Origin: Bugula neritina
Taxonomy: Eukaryota > Animalia > Bryozoa
DNA length: 64,000 nucleotides
Assembly (NCBI GenBank): GCA_964035545.1
Contig: OZ037766.1
Location: 28,689,673 to 28,753,672 of the forward strand
Direction of reading: 5' to 3'
The position numbers were made by a program, and so were the translations under genes. Below are positions 40,701 to 53,992 of the stretch, in pieces. Under the pieces are notes generated by a model. The model was given only the letters and a program-made list of their open reading frames with translations, was not told where the DNA came from and did not search any database. Every line of letters begins with the position of its first letter. Within the stretch, counting starts at the first letter, position 1.

Positions 40701-41759
40701 CTATTTTAATGGCAGCAATTGATTGCGTAATATTATGTGGGTCATTTCACTTAATTTAGTACACACTGGAAATTTCCAGTTTTTAGCTATTTTTCACAAG
40801 TTAGCTGCTAATTAACATGGATTTTTGCCCAAAACTAGTAAAATATTAATAAATATACCTAAATAATCAAGGTTCTTTTTTAATTTTGCTTGATTTCCCA
40901 TGTCTTTTCCTATTTATTTAGCTACTTTGGATCACAGACCGTTACGAAAAAACCATAACAGATGGAATTGCAAACCTGATAAGGTTCTCGAGTATCTTAA
41001 GTAGCTCATATTTGATCTTGTTCTCGTAGACTCCAGAGTTGAGACACCAGGAGATGAGTTGGTCTAGGATGTCCTCTGCCAGAAGGTACACCAGACAGAG
41101 TCCTTGCTGGCCGTTTTCCTCTTCCTCCACCACCAAGATGTCACTCATTCTCTCCACATTCTGCATCACCAGCGTTACGTCATCAAAGGTCAAGTTCCTA
41201 CATCAACAGAAGTCAAAGATTTGCTTTGTAATCAGCCAAACATAAGAGGATGATTTACCTGTACAGATACTAGTAACAAAAGAAACTAGGCTTCATCTAA
41301 ATAAGTACTCAATACTCAACTGTCACATATAAGAATAAACAATAAAAATACTATTGAAGTTGGAAAACGAACTAATAATCAAATACATTACAAATTTAAA
41401 TTATTATTTTGTTAACGAGACAAAGGCATCTATACATGAATATCTACAAGATATTGCAAAAATCTAAAAATATAAGCTACTATTTCTATAAAATAACCTA
41501 AAATCTGAAAATGAAATAACCATGATATCGAGTTGATTTCTAGGATCTGAATTTCTACAACCCACTACCTAGTGCTGTCGGTGGCAGCATGACGCTTTAT
41601 AACCGTCAGCGCCTGTCTCCAATGATTCTGAAACACTTCTACGCTGGGAGCATGAGCCAAGTTTATTGAGGGTCGGGTCTGACCATTCTTAGAGCTGTGG
41701 CTAGATTTCTGGTTGGCTGGGTTGTTACGACGGAGTTTTATATTTCTAAACACATCCAT
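28790..41759 (-). CDS. FHIP1: FHF complex subunit HOOK-interacting protein 1 (FHIP1/FAM160A family), ~1082 aa
   Basis: 17 exons: 41569-41759, 40976-41197, 40508-40661, 37689-37886, 37221-37382, 36579-36665, 36057-36224, 35525-35604, 34981-35145, 33218-33403, 32685-32813, 31531-32261, 31062-31202, 30561-30739, 30133-30319, 29409-29512, 28790-28954 (3249 nt, in frame). Family motifs VFQNHWRQ, FLIFCLLIPYIHREGTLGQQARDALLL, FCPVLATGLSALYSSLP, LEFCNAVVQVAH, NLLLTGVITRLASYSQPLLRSFLL, AVFCALVLEEFVKELAALSQEH. Confidence 0.93.
35146..35300. repeat. ~27 bp degenerate tandem repeat at a FHIP1 splice acceptor
   Basis: ataagaggagtaaatatcagtctatac-like units, ~5 copies. Confidence 0.8.
37600..37676. repeat. 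11 bp tandem repeat (ctacacacagta-like)
   Basis: Adjacent copies next to the donor of exon 37689-37886. Confidence 0.8.
37926..38484. repeat. 30 bp minisatellite (tattcacagtgacactactcatagtatgac), ~18 copies
   Basis: Regular tandem copies. Explains the repetitive ORFs at 37972-38482. Confidence 0.95.
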
Positions 41760-44700
41760 TTTGTTTGACAAACTAAAAGTTTTTTACATCCTGGTATGCT
41801 GAAACACACAAAAACAGTCCCAGTAAGAAAATTATCTAATAACTATTTAAACACTTCGACTAATCTTCTTTCACTAAATAACAACTGTCATAATGTAAAA
41901 TATACTATCAACTTACACTACTGGTTATTTAAACATTAAGCCAACAAATAAGTTAACTTGACAATATAATTTTAATTTTTAAGCCAAAATTGTTTCAGCA
42001 AGAAAATGATAATTAATTTTACATGTTGAGCTAGAAAAAAAACTTTATTCAAGTTGATTTGTATTGTGATTTAAATAATAAACTATAATATTCATACTGA
42101 TATTTGTTACTACTGCAAACATAAGTCCTATTAGAATGACTCTAGTTTAAATAAACACGAAATTCAACTATTTCTGTACAATTAGGACAATTCTGTAAAC
42201 ATAACAAGTTTGATGTGAAAGAATGGGACACTCAACCTATCCAAAGTCATACTTTACACAAAATTTTACAGCTACTTCTACAACCTTCTCACATTATTTT
42301 CAAGTAACTAACAGCAATTCTGTTAAACCAAAGTTAGCCAAAATAAAAATTCTTTGATCAAAGCACACTACAATTACTATTATTTTGAGTCAAACTGAAC
42401 GAACTTAGTTTCATTTTTATGTAACTGCTGCTCATGCCGCTGCTCCCGCATACTTATTGTTTCGCTGAAGGCCCAAATACTCTTACTTTGATTTACATTA
42501 AAATCTTGTCACTGTGACTGTGAGTATAACTATGATTCACCACTACTAATAATAATTTAGATGTTGTTTTATTAGTATTACAATTACTATTAGTAATATT
42601 ACATTTAAATTGTCACTATCATTGTGATTATCAATATGATTGTTTATTGGTGTTTTCTTTGTTACTAGTAACGACTATTTAATTTTATCAGATAACTGAT
42701 GAGTGATACAGATAACTTAAAGTTTAAACTACAACTATAAGTAACTGTAATAAACTTATAAAAATATTAAACTCAACCAAAAACTAATACCGTTAATAAT
42801 CAAATTGACTTTGAAGCTTTAGTAATGGTATTACTATTACTGCTACAATTAATACAATACTGGAAATAAATGGTAATAGCTAAACTTTGAATGACTTATG
42901 TTAGTAACTGTAAGACTAAATCTCATTCCTAGCGGATAACAGTAACTCTTTAAAATCTAAACAAAATCAGTGATCAGTTAAACTTAGTGTTACGAATTAT
43001 CACTAACTGAGTAACACTAACTAACTAATAGTAACTCCAAGACTAACACTAACAATAACTTTAAGTCTAATCACTAATCACTAATACTAATAGTAATGAG
43101 TAATGACTATGGTCATCATGATTAATGACTAATCAGCTATCACTGATGAGTTATCACTTATCAGTATCACAGGTCACTAAAAGTAAATCTTATCACCAAT
43201 GAAATAAATAAGACTTGGACTAAGAGTAAGTCTAAGATTAACGCCAGTGGCAGCATCAGTATGATAGTGAGTGCGAGTACCACAACTCAGTAATTCTTTA
43301 AAACTACAGTTTAAATCAGCAAACGTGACAGTAATCAGTAACTGTAATGTAAATCACTAAATGCGGCAATCCTCAATCGACAATCAGTATGAAACAATGA
43401 GTATGACTATGACTATGAGTATCACAATCAGCATCACAATGCCAAACAGCCAACGGTTAAATTCAATGATATTCACACTGACATCTCAATCTCAATCTAA
43501 ATCTAAATCACAATGACAATCATGAATCAAATTCAATAAGTATTGATCAAGTTCAACCATCAATCGTTCAATGGCAATAAGGAATCTTAAATTTATCGAA
43601 AGTTTGATGAATAAAACTTACACTATGAAATGTGTTTAAAATGAATAATTTCTTCACTCTTACATCGTATAACTTACTTGAAAAAATTACTATTCACACA
43701 ACGAAAATTTTATTCCAGGTGCAGTGACTACGGATTTTAATAATAATATTGCCAAGTTAAAGTTCATAGGAAATGAGGTGAACTTGCAGTGAAAGTAGCC
43801 GGGGAGCATAATTCTTAGCCAGGGGTCCAAAGTGCATTCTATCGTAGAACTTTATAATACAATCAAATTAATTGCTCTGAAGTTCTTTGAAAAAAACTAG
43901 AGTTGTCTACTATCAAATCGTGTTGGAAGTAGCTTAACTCCTTGTTTGTTGGTGAAACACAAAGTTTCAAGCAATAGAACCTATTTCATGCAGCAGACTT
44001 AATAAATTATTATTGAAACTTGACAGTTTTGCTAATATTGCTTGATCTGTTTCTGTAAATTTGAGTAATGAAGTCAATTTTTTGGCCTACTTTTTAAATA
44101 AAAGCATTAAAGGAGCATAACATTAAATTTACTGGTGAGAGCAACTTAAAATATTATCAATTACCAACAACATTTATTTAGATTTTAAAATTTAATAATA
44201 AATGAGAACAAGTAACGAGGGGTTTTTTAAATTTATATGAATGCACACACAAGCACAGCTTCCTTACTCAGTAAGTCTAATAATACGTACAAGTTACAAC
44301 CCATTGTTATCAGGCTGCAGTAATTCTCAATTCATGTAAGATAGTCCCAATACCTAATTAAAGTTATAATCCAATATTTTAAAAATAAACAAATATTTGC
44401 CTCTTCAGTTGCCTACACCTATAATTTTAGTTAGACACTGATATACATCATCACCTAAAAGTTAGAGTGTACTAATTAAATACTTCAGCTGATAAGAGGC
44501 ACTAGGATTCCTTCAATGAACATTTCTTAAAAGTCAATCTTTCATTGGCTACTTGAACTAAAATAATAGAACATTGAGTTGACAGCAACAGCTATAACAT
44601 ATTATGAATTATACACAGTCAGGAGACATGCTATTCATAAGTTGCTGCCCTAAGTCATACAAATATACACTATATTTATTTCGTATAGTATACTATATTT

Positions 44701-45874
44701 GAATACATAAACATGGCTGAAAAGTTTTATCCATATATATGAGTTATTGGGAGCTGTAGAGAATAATTTGTCCTGATTGGGTATAAACCCTTACATCACT
44801 TACTTGTGAAGTTGTCCCCTATTCAGCGCGCCATAGGCTCAATCGTATGTATAAGTTATAAGACTGATTGCACAGAGCAAAATGGGGGGGGGGGGGGGGT
44901 TGCAGTAGTTTTAAGTTTATAGCTTGGATACATAAAAATAATTAAATGTCTTGAAAGCGAAATTTATATAACTTATGGAAATACAACAAAAACTTATTCT
45001 TATTCAAGAATAAGGCTTTAATGACTTTATTTTACTATTATGTATGGAGCTTTGTTGCGGTAATATGAATGTTTTTACCAAACATTAAATTATATTTGAT
45101 TTTGCCTGATGCATTTCAACATTATATAATTATATAGCAACAGCTATCTTTAACTTGATAGTTAAAGAATTCAGGAATTTAAATATTTTCAACATCAAAT
45201 TCAATAGTTGAAAATTCATTGACTGCAACAATGAGTGCAACAATGGTTGATAGCGGATATTGATGATGAAATATTGCTTTGTTGGCTAATATATTATCAA
45301 TTTGTTATCGAAGCATGTAAGTAAAGTACACTATTTGTCTACCATAATTCATAACTATTTCAGCATTTTAGCACTATATTTTTCAATTCAGGCTTGAGCA
45401 TAATATATGTGTGCATGGCTGTTTGTTCACTGCTATTATTTATTATGCAAATAGCAAGTATCATTGTTTCTTAAAAATTTTATTACTATATTATAGCATT
45501 GCCATTAGTTATTATCATTTTTTCATTAACTAATAATCTAGTACATATTACTGTTGTGAAAAATATTAATATAAATTTGTTATATTTGTATATTTGCTGT
45601 TTAATTTAGCTCAGTTTAATTAAATATATTCATAAATTTTGTTAGGTAAAATGTTGCAAATGTAACAATTATTGCTAAAAATATAATATAATATTGTAAT
45701 ATAGGGAAAAGCTTTCTTACTGCTAAAATAAGTACATAATTTTGTGTCTCTATACAGCTTGTGAGTTCTAATCTGCAAACGATTGATTACTAAGGACAGC
45801 ACTTCTTACCGCCTGAAAGCAAAATTCACTGATTACTTCAAACTCTGACTCATTGAGAGAGGTTTGAAGACATC

Positions 45875-48800
45875 ATGTTTGAGCCAAGGAAACACGTGAC
45901 CTACTTAACTTGGGCTTACCCAGACTGCTACAAGTATCTGGTGAGTTGAATATGTATTTTGCTTAGAGGTCATTGTGTTTATAGTTTTTGTAAACTTAGT
46001 TGGTCTGCTGTAAACGATTAGCACAATAAATGATGCTCATGCCGCATTCCTGCATGAAAGTATATTAAGATAGACAGCAATTTTGCTTGACAGCAAACTG
46101 CTACAGCTCTTATAACATTTCAGTTTGCCAGGTAAAAGATAAACCTGTTATAGTTAAACCGCATTGAATTAATTGTAGTAATACTATTGCAGCTCTATAA
46201 TTTCTTAAAGTAAACCCCAAACCCAAAATGCTAACCCCAAACTTCCCCCCTCAACTTCCCCCCTCAACCCTCAACTTCTGCCCCTAACCCCCAACCCTCA
46301 AAATCTGCCCCTAATCTCTGCCCCGAACTCCCAACTACCGCCCCTAACTTCCAACCACGGCCTCTAACCTCCGAGTTCTGCCCCAAACCCCAAATCCCTA
46401 ACATCCCAACCCCAAAAACCCCAAAGCCCTAATCCCTAATCTCAGCCCATAACCGCCAACCACCGCTTCCAACCTCCGCCCTCAACTCTTACCTTCTGCC
46501 CTGACCCCCAACCTCCACCCCTAACCCCTATCCTAAAAATTAGCCTCTAACCATCGCCCCTAACCTTCAACCTCCGCTCCTAACCTCAAACTTTTGCCCC
46601 TAACCTGCAACCTGATATTTTTTGCTAACATGTCAGTTTATTTGGAACTTCTAACCTTCCAACTTCCACCCCTAACCTCCGCCTCTAACCCCCAAACTCT
46701 GCCCCTAACCCTCAAACCTTCACCCCTTACCTCTACCCTCAACCTTCACCTCCAACCCTCAAACGTCCGCCCCTAACCTCTGCATCTAACTTCCAACTCT
46801 CGCCCCTAACCCCAACCTCTGCCTCTAACTTTCCAACTTTCATCCCAAACCCCTAACCTCTGTCCTTAACCCCCAATCGCCGACCTCATGCACCCCTAAT
46901 CCCCAACCTTCACCCATAAGGCAAACCTTTGTCTCAAGCTCCCACTCCCACTCCCACTCTCCACCCCTACCAACCAACATCCGTCCCTAACCCCGAGCCT
47001 TCGTTCCTAACTCCCAATCCCCAACCTCCACACCCAACTCTCAACTTCCACTCTTAACCTATAAGCCCCAACCTCTGCCCCAAACCCCAAACTTCCGCAT
47101 TCAACTCTCAACCTCCACACCCAGCACTAAAATTAACATTTATTGTTAAGGTGTCAATTTATTTGAAACTTCTATTATGCAAAGACTGCGTACCTACTTT
47201 GCTATGCAATATGTGTGCTAGATCAACAGGTTTTATTAGTTTTTAGTGAATTCGTTTGTCTTATGTAGGATGAAAACAGAATATTTAAGGTAGAGAAAGC
47301 TTTCCGCCATGTTCTATTTATGGCTGTAAGTATATATTATATATTTAAAAGAAAAGTGGGATCTCTACATAAATTACGTTGGGATATTATACATGTAATA
47401 ACTGTATTGTTTGCCCACATACAATAATTAAAGTACAAAGTTTCCAAACACCAATTTGAATAATAAATGTATATCATGTATTTTATTTATATAATATTAT
47501 ATAAATGTTAGTGATAATTTTTAGATCTACTAGTACTGTTGCGTAAAGTTGCCTTCTATTAGTGTCGGTGTAAATTATATCTAATGATATTATAGCAGCA
47601 CATGCAGCAGTAGTATATCACATACTGTCAATATTATTACAGTCTAGAAATGCTAGCGAGGGTGAAAAATTTGTTCTGGGTCTGCATAGGAAGGCATTTG
47701 ACAACGCACTGCGACCACCTCATGCTGAATACTCTGGTGGTATGTATTGTAACCATAATTTCGCTTTATTTGTGTCTAAATCTAAATGCACTGCAGAAGT
47801 AATCACATCTAAAAGACATTCTCAGCTCTGCACAATGCATTGTTGGCAAGCAACTACTGTTTATTTCATGCAGTTCTTTGAAAATATCACTACAATGAGT
47901 GGGCTTGTTGAGCTGAGAAATTAAAAGTTTATTCATAATCTTTAGCCAAAAACTCAAAAACCACCAATCAAATTTTTTGTCTTGTTGTTTCAGAATAAAA
48001 CTCAAAAATATTGACAAGCCTTTGTGGATATTGGTATTTAATTGTTACTTGCTTACTGAGAGACATGGTTTCAATATGTTATATTATTTTGTTATAGATT
48101 CAGAATCCTTCGTTTATTACACCAGTTCCAGCGAAGGCCCTTCGTATGACGATAACACGCTCGACGACATTTCAGACATACCGGCAGACGAAGACCAGGA
48201 TGCGTGGAGAGCAAACCTGCTAAGAATCATGGATGACTCAGGTGCATATACTGGAGAAAACTCTGAGTTGTTATCTCAAATCTAGAGAATGCACAGAAGA
48301 GCACTTGGCAATGCGTTCAGGCCAGAAGATTCTGAAGAATCCGGTATGAGTCATAAATAGTAAATACTATTGTAGAACCAAATACAAAAACCATCCTTCA
48401 TTAATCTTTCAATTATAGGAGTTTATAATTATTTTATTTAAAACAAATTTTTTTTTAAAAGTAAATGCTCAACCAACTTCAAGTGCAAAACTACAAAGTG
48501 ATAGTGTTTTCATATGACTCCGACGATAGGACCCCAGGAGCACTATGGCTATTGAAGTTATTCTGCAATCATTTGTAGAGTATGAAATTATTGTTCTATA
48601 CAGTAAGCTTATCTGTCTGTGTGTCTACAGAAAAGTTCTACTGAAGTTTTGGTAATTACATTAGTTGTTGAGAAGCAATGTTAGTATGGTGAACCATTTT
48701 GCAGAATCTCTCACCCCAGAATACTCCTCAAGATTCACCCAAAGTTCTGAGACTCAAGACACAACAGACAGTGTACCAAGCACGTCATCAGAAGAGGCTC

Positions 48801-49498
48801 AAAGTTCGTGGAAAAAAGATCTGCTAAGAATTATAGGCGATTCGAGTGAAAGTACTGATGAGATTTGCAATACTGCATTTCTATGGGATGTCAAGAAAAT
48901 GCTAGAAGAACCAGGAAATCAAAGGCCGAATAATCGAGCAGCAAAGACTTTAGTTGAAAACCAACGGTGTGCTCCTCAGCAGCAACAAAAGACCAAACGC
49001 AAATGTTCTCTGGTTAAAGTTGAACCGACTGTGGCTAGCGGCAAAACCAAGCCTAAAGGCAAATTATCCAAGTTTGTCAACAAAGTTTTTCACAGAAATC
49101 GAGTTGTCCCTGTGGAGTGTGTTACCAATGTCAAGAAGACCGGGCCTAAAACAAAGGCACCACTAAAAACTGGTAAATCACCAATGAAACGCCAAGCAAC
49201 TACTGAGAAGAAAGTCATCAAGAATGGAAAGAATCCGATCACAGCTAGAAAAGTCTCAGCAGTTCCTAATACTAACAAGAAAGGTGCCTCTACTCCTGCT
49301 AAACAAAAATCGGCCCAGAGTGCCAACCAAAAGCTACGAGATGTGTTCAGAAACTTGAAGAAAAGTCCAACTACCAAGAAAGCACCAGCGATACCGGCCA
49401 ACACCGCCACAGGACAGAAGAAAAAGAATGCCACCAAAGCTAAATGCTGCAAATGTGCACAAAAGAAAATTGTTTCTCGACCTCCTTTCAGGTTGTAA
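45875..49498 (+). CDS. Unrecognised 5-exon gene with an internal repeat and Lys-rich basic C-terminus; contains one in-frame TAG (possible pseudogene, null allele or recoding)
   Basis: Exons 45875-45940, 47269-47325, 47643-47739, 48098-48343, 48705-49498. All GT-AG, phases 0,0,1,1, total 1260 nt. Frame is open except TAG at 48283-48285. Repeated motifs LHRKAFDNALRP/MHRRALGNAFRP and WRANLLRIMDDS/WKKDLLRIIGDS. Confidence 0.65.
46213..47125. repeat. Degenerate telomere-like C-rich array (CCCTAA / CCCCAA / CCTCAA interspersed with CCTCTG / CCTCCG)
   Basis: About 900 bp of 6-7 nt units with many exact CCCTAA, inside intron 1 of the orphan gene. Confidence 0.85.
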
Positions 49499-50999
49499 CT
49501 TTCTATTTACTTACATCTATTAAGGTAATCAGGAATAGTGGTGGGAGCGCAACTTCTTTAAGTTCTATGTTATTCTACATTATTTCTCTATGCACTTCAG
49601 CTTTAAATTCAAACAACCTTTTGATTCTTCATCTTTCTTGGTTCCATTCTCACCTCGTTATTAATTTATCTAACCATCTGTCTATAATGACTTCCCCACT
49701 CCCTTCTTTCTATCCTCTCTCTTCCCTTACTCAACCCACTTAACTATATAGCCATAACCTAATAATTATTTTGATCATAGACATCAAATGAGCTAAATAT
49801 GAAAACATATTTTTTTCTGAACCTAATCAAACATTACCTCATCAGCTCACCCATTCACCCATATTATTTTTACATTTCCTAACATGTTTCACAATTCAGT
49901 AGTAAACTAGATAAAATAGTATTTACATATCTACTTCAAACTATTGTCCATGTATAAGTTTCACACCAACTACTTACACTAAATATGTAATTATCAAAAA
50001 CCCAACTTTTCATTTACCAGCTTAAAATTTAAATTTCAAAAATGTTGGACTTCATATAGAACTATTTGAAACTACCAATCATCTAAACTCACATCAAAGA
50101 GATTATTATATATGATATAATATTTTGCTCAATAACTTATTTTTATGTGTAAAAGATCATGCATAAAGTATCCAGTCATATCTTGATTTCATTCCCTTCA
50201 ATAAACTGACACTTAATAGTTTTGTTTGAGTGGCACTAGAATTTATCTACTTGAGTTATTAATCAACATTTAATTTTGTTTAGAAAATTTCTTAAGCTTC
50301 AATTACTTACCCATTTATTTACCCTGTAGTATTTCACAAACATTTATGTTTTGCTGATTTTTTTTTATTTCTCCTACTAATAGTTTAACATCCTTAAGCG
50401 TAAAAATTGCAAAATTAAGCAACCCCGTAACAGCCACACTCTGCATATATGTAATATGGATGCAAGTTTGCATGTAATAATACTTTGCATGCTTTAAATT
50501 TTACTACTATCTTTGCATGTTTTAAATACCTAATACGTAATATAATTGCATGAAATTCTAATATCTTCAAGGGAAATATCTTTAATGTGGCTATAGTACT
50601 ATTCAAGTATCTCTAAAAATAACTTAGCTGGCAGCTTATACTCTAACTTTGACTTCTCCAGATATTGTCAATAATGAGGTAAAACTCATGTTGATCTATA
50701 CTATTTGCTGTCATCTATTTCCTTCCCTTATCTTTTGGTTTGCACTCTGAGCTAGTTATTTCTAAACTGTAATCTATATGTTCGGCATGTTTTACCACTT
50801 CCATCTAAACACTGCAGTCATTGTGTTCAGATAATGCAAGAGCTTTATTTCACCAGAATTTTAAGTCTACTAAAAATAACTCACACAGGCTTATAGTCAC
50901 TATCCCTGGTAAAAAAGTTTGTTTAATCTGGCTGATGACTTATTCATATGTGGCACAGGATCAATAATGATTGGATGCTTTTGCTAGCATATCACCACT

Positions 51000-51070
51000 A
51001 GGCTTTACTGGGGTTCGAACCCATGACTTAGTATTTGCTATCCAATGCTTTAACCACTAAACCATGGCTG
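51000..51070 (-). mobile_element. tRNA-derived SINE head or tRNA pseudogene
   Basis: Minus strand cagccatggtttagtggttaaagcattggatagcaaatactaagtcatgggttcgaaccccagt has Pol III A-box (TGGTTTAGTGG) and B-box (GGTTCGAACCC) at tRNA spacing, but no good acceptor or anticodon stems. Confidence 0.65.
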
Positions 51071-51684
51071 CTCGTAGTTTACTAAAACCTGTACTATATA
51101 TATTAAAAATACTTTTTTAGCAATAAGCCACAAGCCAGAACAATAACTATCATGTATAATTATGAGACGAAAACCAGGACTAGATGTGTTTAAGCAAAAA
51201 CTTACTCTAATCCATTTATTTTAGGCTACTTGTTATATTCAAGCTATAATCTCTAAAGTTTTTAAATCTAGAAACATTGATTGCATGGTTAAAAATTTAT
51301 CATAACTAATGTTATCTGCATGTATGCATGGCAAAGGTTCTACTGCATTTAGGGTGCATTACTCATGCATGTTTTATCTTTTAAGACTATAGACTTCCAT
51401 GTGATTATAAAATTTTAGCCAGGTTGTTATTTGAATCATTGCAACCCTAAACCATTTGCATGTATTACAAACAAACCGTTCCCTGGTACTCAATTTACAA
51501 TAAGGAGTTGTGTCCTCCATACTATTGCATCTTAAAATCTATAAATGCTAAGGTAGGCCCCATAACAACGTTAGAATTTAACTGTTACATAAAGTCAGAC
51601 TATATAATGCTTATAGGAATTTACTTTTTGGTACTAGAACACATGATACTGTTTCATTGGATGTTGCAAAAGCACTTTAATTAA

Positions 51685-52280
51685 AGAACCCCTGACACAC
51701 TTCACTTGTGCAGTACTAAAATATTCTTATACCTGCTAGTTTTCATTTACATACTGTTTTAAAGTTGGATACTTAAACAATTTTGTTTTATAATGAATTT
51801 TGTGCGAGTATGTATACTGAAATGATTTTGGATTTCTGATCGAATGGAAATAAAGTTTTTGGTCAACTTTGAATTTACTGCTATTATAAAACTTATACTA
51901 ATTATTACTAATTTTCATTGCATGCTATCGTTAGCTGCTGCACTGTACAGTCTGATCACTAATATGGCTTGGAAGGTTAAACTTTAAAATTTTAAGCCAT
52001 ATCAGTGATTATGCTGTGCAGTGCAGCAGCTAACAATAGCATGCAATGAAAATTAGCTATAATTAGTATAAGTTTTATAGTAGTGGTAAAGCCAAAGCCC
52101 ACCGAAAATTTCATTTCTATAATGCGATCTGAAATCTCAAATTCTTTCAGTACATGGTTGCACAAAATTCGCTATGAAACAAAGTTGTTTAGGCATCCAA
52201 CCTTAAAACAGCATGTAAATGAAAACTAGCATATATAGGAATATTTTAGTACTGCATAAGTGAAGTGTGTCAGGGATTCT
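51685..52280. mobile_element. ~596 bp fold-back MITE with TTAA target-site duplication (Kolobok-like termini)
   Basis: TTAA|AGAACCCCTGACACACTTCACTT...AAGTGAAGTGTGTCAGGGATTCT|TTAA. Arms are complementary over ~285 bp up to a short central loop near 51970-51995. No ORF. Confidence 0.85.
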
Positions 52281-52311
52281 TTAAAGTAAATTATGGAAGA
52301 AACAAACTTGA

Positions 52312-53490
52312 TAGCCATTTTGTGCTTCTAGGTTTACTGGACTCTGCTGTAGTTGCAGTTAAAGTAAAAGTTCCAATAAACATTTGCTGTACTATAGCTG
52401 TTATCACTCTAGTTAATAGCATATTATAGTTAAATTATATTACAGAAAAGAGTCAATAGTCTAGATGGTGGCAAAGATATTGTTCAGTGTATCTATTTAT
52501 TTTTGATTAAAGTTAATAGAAGAAGCAAACCTTGCTATAGGCATACATATGACTTGTATACTGCCATGTCTTAGCTGCGTAGCATGTTCTAGAAATATTA
52601 CAGTAAAGTTATTATCTCTAAAAAGTTATGAATGCTTTACAGTTTTAAAAAAAATTATTTTTTTTAAATATACTTTATTTTTAGAAATTTTGTGAGTTTG
52701 AATATTGGTATATGATGTTAGAAAAAACATTTAAATTTGAATTAAACTATGATAACTATAATAAGAATGACAAATATGCTGAAAAGACATCTATATTTAA
52801 TTATTGTTGTGTATTTTTTAGTTTTTATTATAAAAAGTTAGATTTTGCTGCTTAGCTTTTGTAGTGTAAAAATTTTTGGTTTGTGCATAATTTAGAATAA
52901 GCGTAGCCTACTTGTTTAAATGGAGTAGCGTATAGTACTAATATAACATGGAATGCATATAGTGATAGATAAACAGACCAATTATTTAGTAGTTGAATAT
53001 AATATATTAGAAACCTCAGAGCCATTATGTGGGGGAAATTTATGCAGTAGTATAGTTTACAGATTAATTTAGTTACTCTATACTATACCATACTATACTA
53101 TACCATACCATACCATACCATGCTATACTATACATAAACCTCTGTAAAGTTGTATAGCATTTAAAAATTTTAAAAGAAATAAAACAGTTGCACAAACACT
53201 TCAAATTATTACAATTACCGGAACATGCTATTAAATCTAAGACATTGTATTATAAACCATTACATATATGCTAGCAAGATGTGGTTTAACTGACAACTTC
53301 AATCAATTAAGAAGACAGCCTGAACAATATCTTTGCCTCCATCTAAACTATTGATTCTTTTTGTAATATAACTTGACTATTTATTAACTAGAGAGGTGAT
53401 AGCCAATACAGCATATGGTTATTAGAACTTAAGTACCTTATAACTGCAACCGCAACAGAGCTCAGTAAACCCACAACCACAAAAATGTCT
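52312..53490. mobile_element. Older fold-back element with ~280 bp diverged inverted arms
   Basis: 52312-52592 is the diverged reverse complement of 53218-53490 (e.g. tagatggtggcaaagatattgttcag vs ctgaacaatatctttgcctccatcta; tagcatgttc vs gaacatgcta). Confidence 0.7.
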
Positions 53491-53701
53491 TCATGTTTTT
53501 TTTTCAATGAAAATAGTTTTTGCAACATTTGATGAAACAGTATTAGGTGTGCTATCACATAAAAACTATAATCCTGTCATATCGTACAGTTTTGATTTTT
53601 GCAACAGTCAAACTCTAACATCGTTATTAAAGTCTACTCTTCATGAATAGTTGGAAACAACTTCTTGTTATAAATTGAGGTTCAAAGACATAAAAAGGGT
53701 T

Positions 53702-53992
<291 letters not shown>

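Noticed and set aside
45865-45881. 17 nt identity (tgaagacatcatgtttg) between the orphan gene start and FHIP1 exon 35525-35604
   Set aside because: About one match of this length is expected by chance in a 64 kb two-strand self-comparison, and it does not extend.
48283-48285. Genome-wide TAG reassignment as explanation of the in-frame amber
   Set aside because: AKAP14 and FHIP1 both end at TAG shortly after their conserved C-terminal motifs, so TAG is a normal stop here.
49090-49452. Hydrophobic 120-aa minus-strand ORF
   Set aside because: Antisense shadow of the Lys-rich exon (AAA/AAG read as TTT/CTT).
51000-51070. Functional tRNA gene
   Set aside because: A and B boxes are present but acceptor and anticodon stems do not pair.
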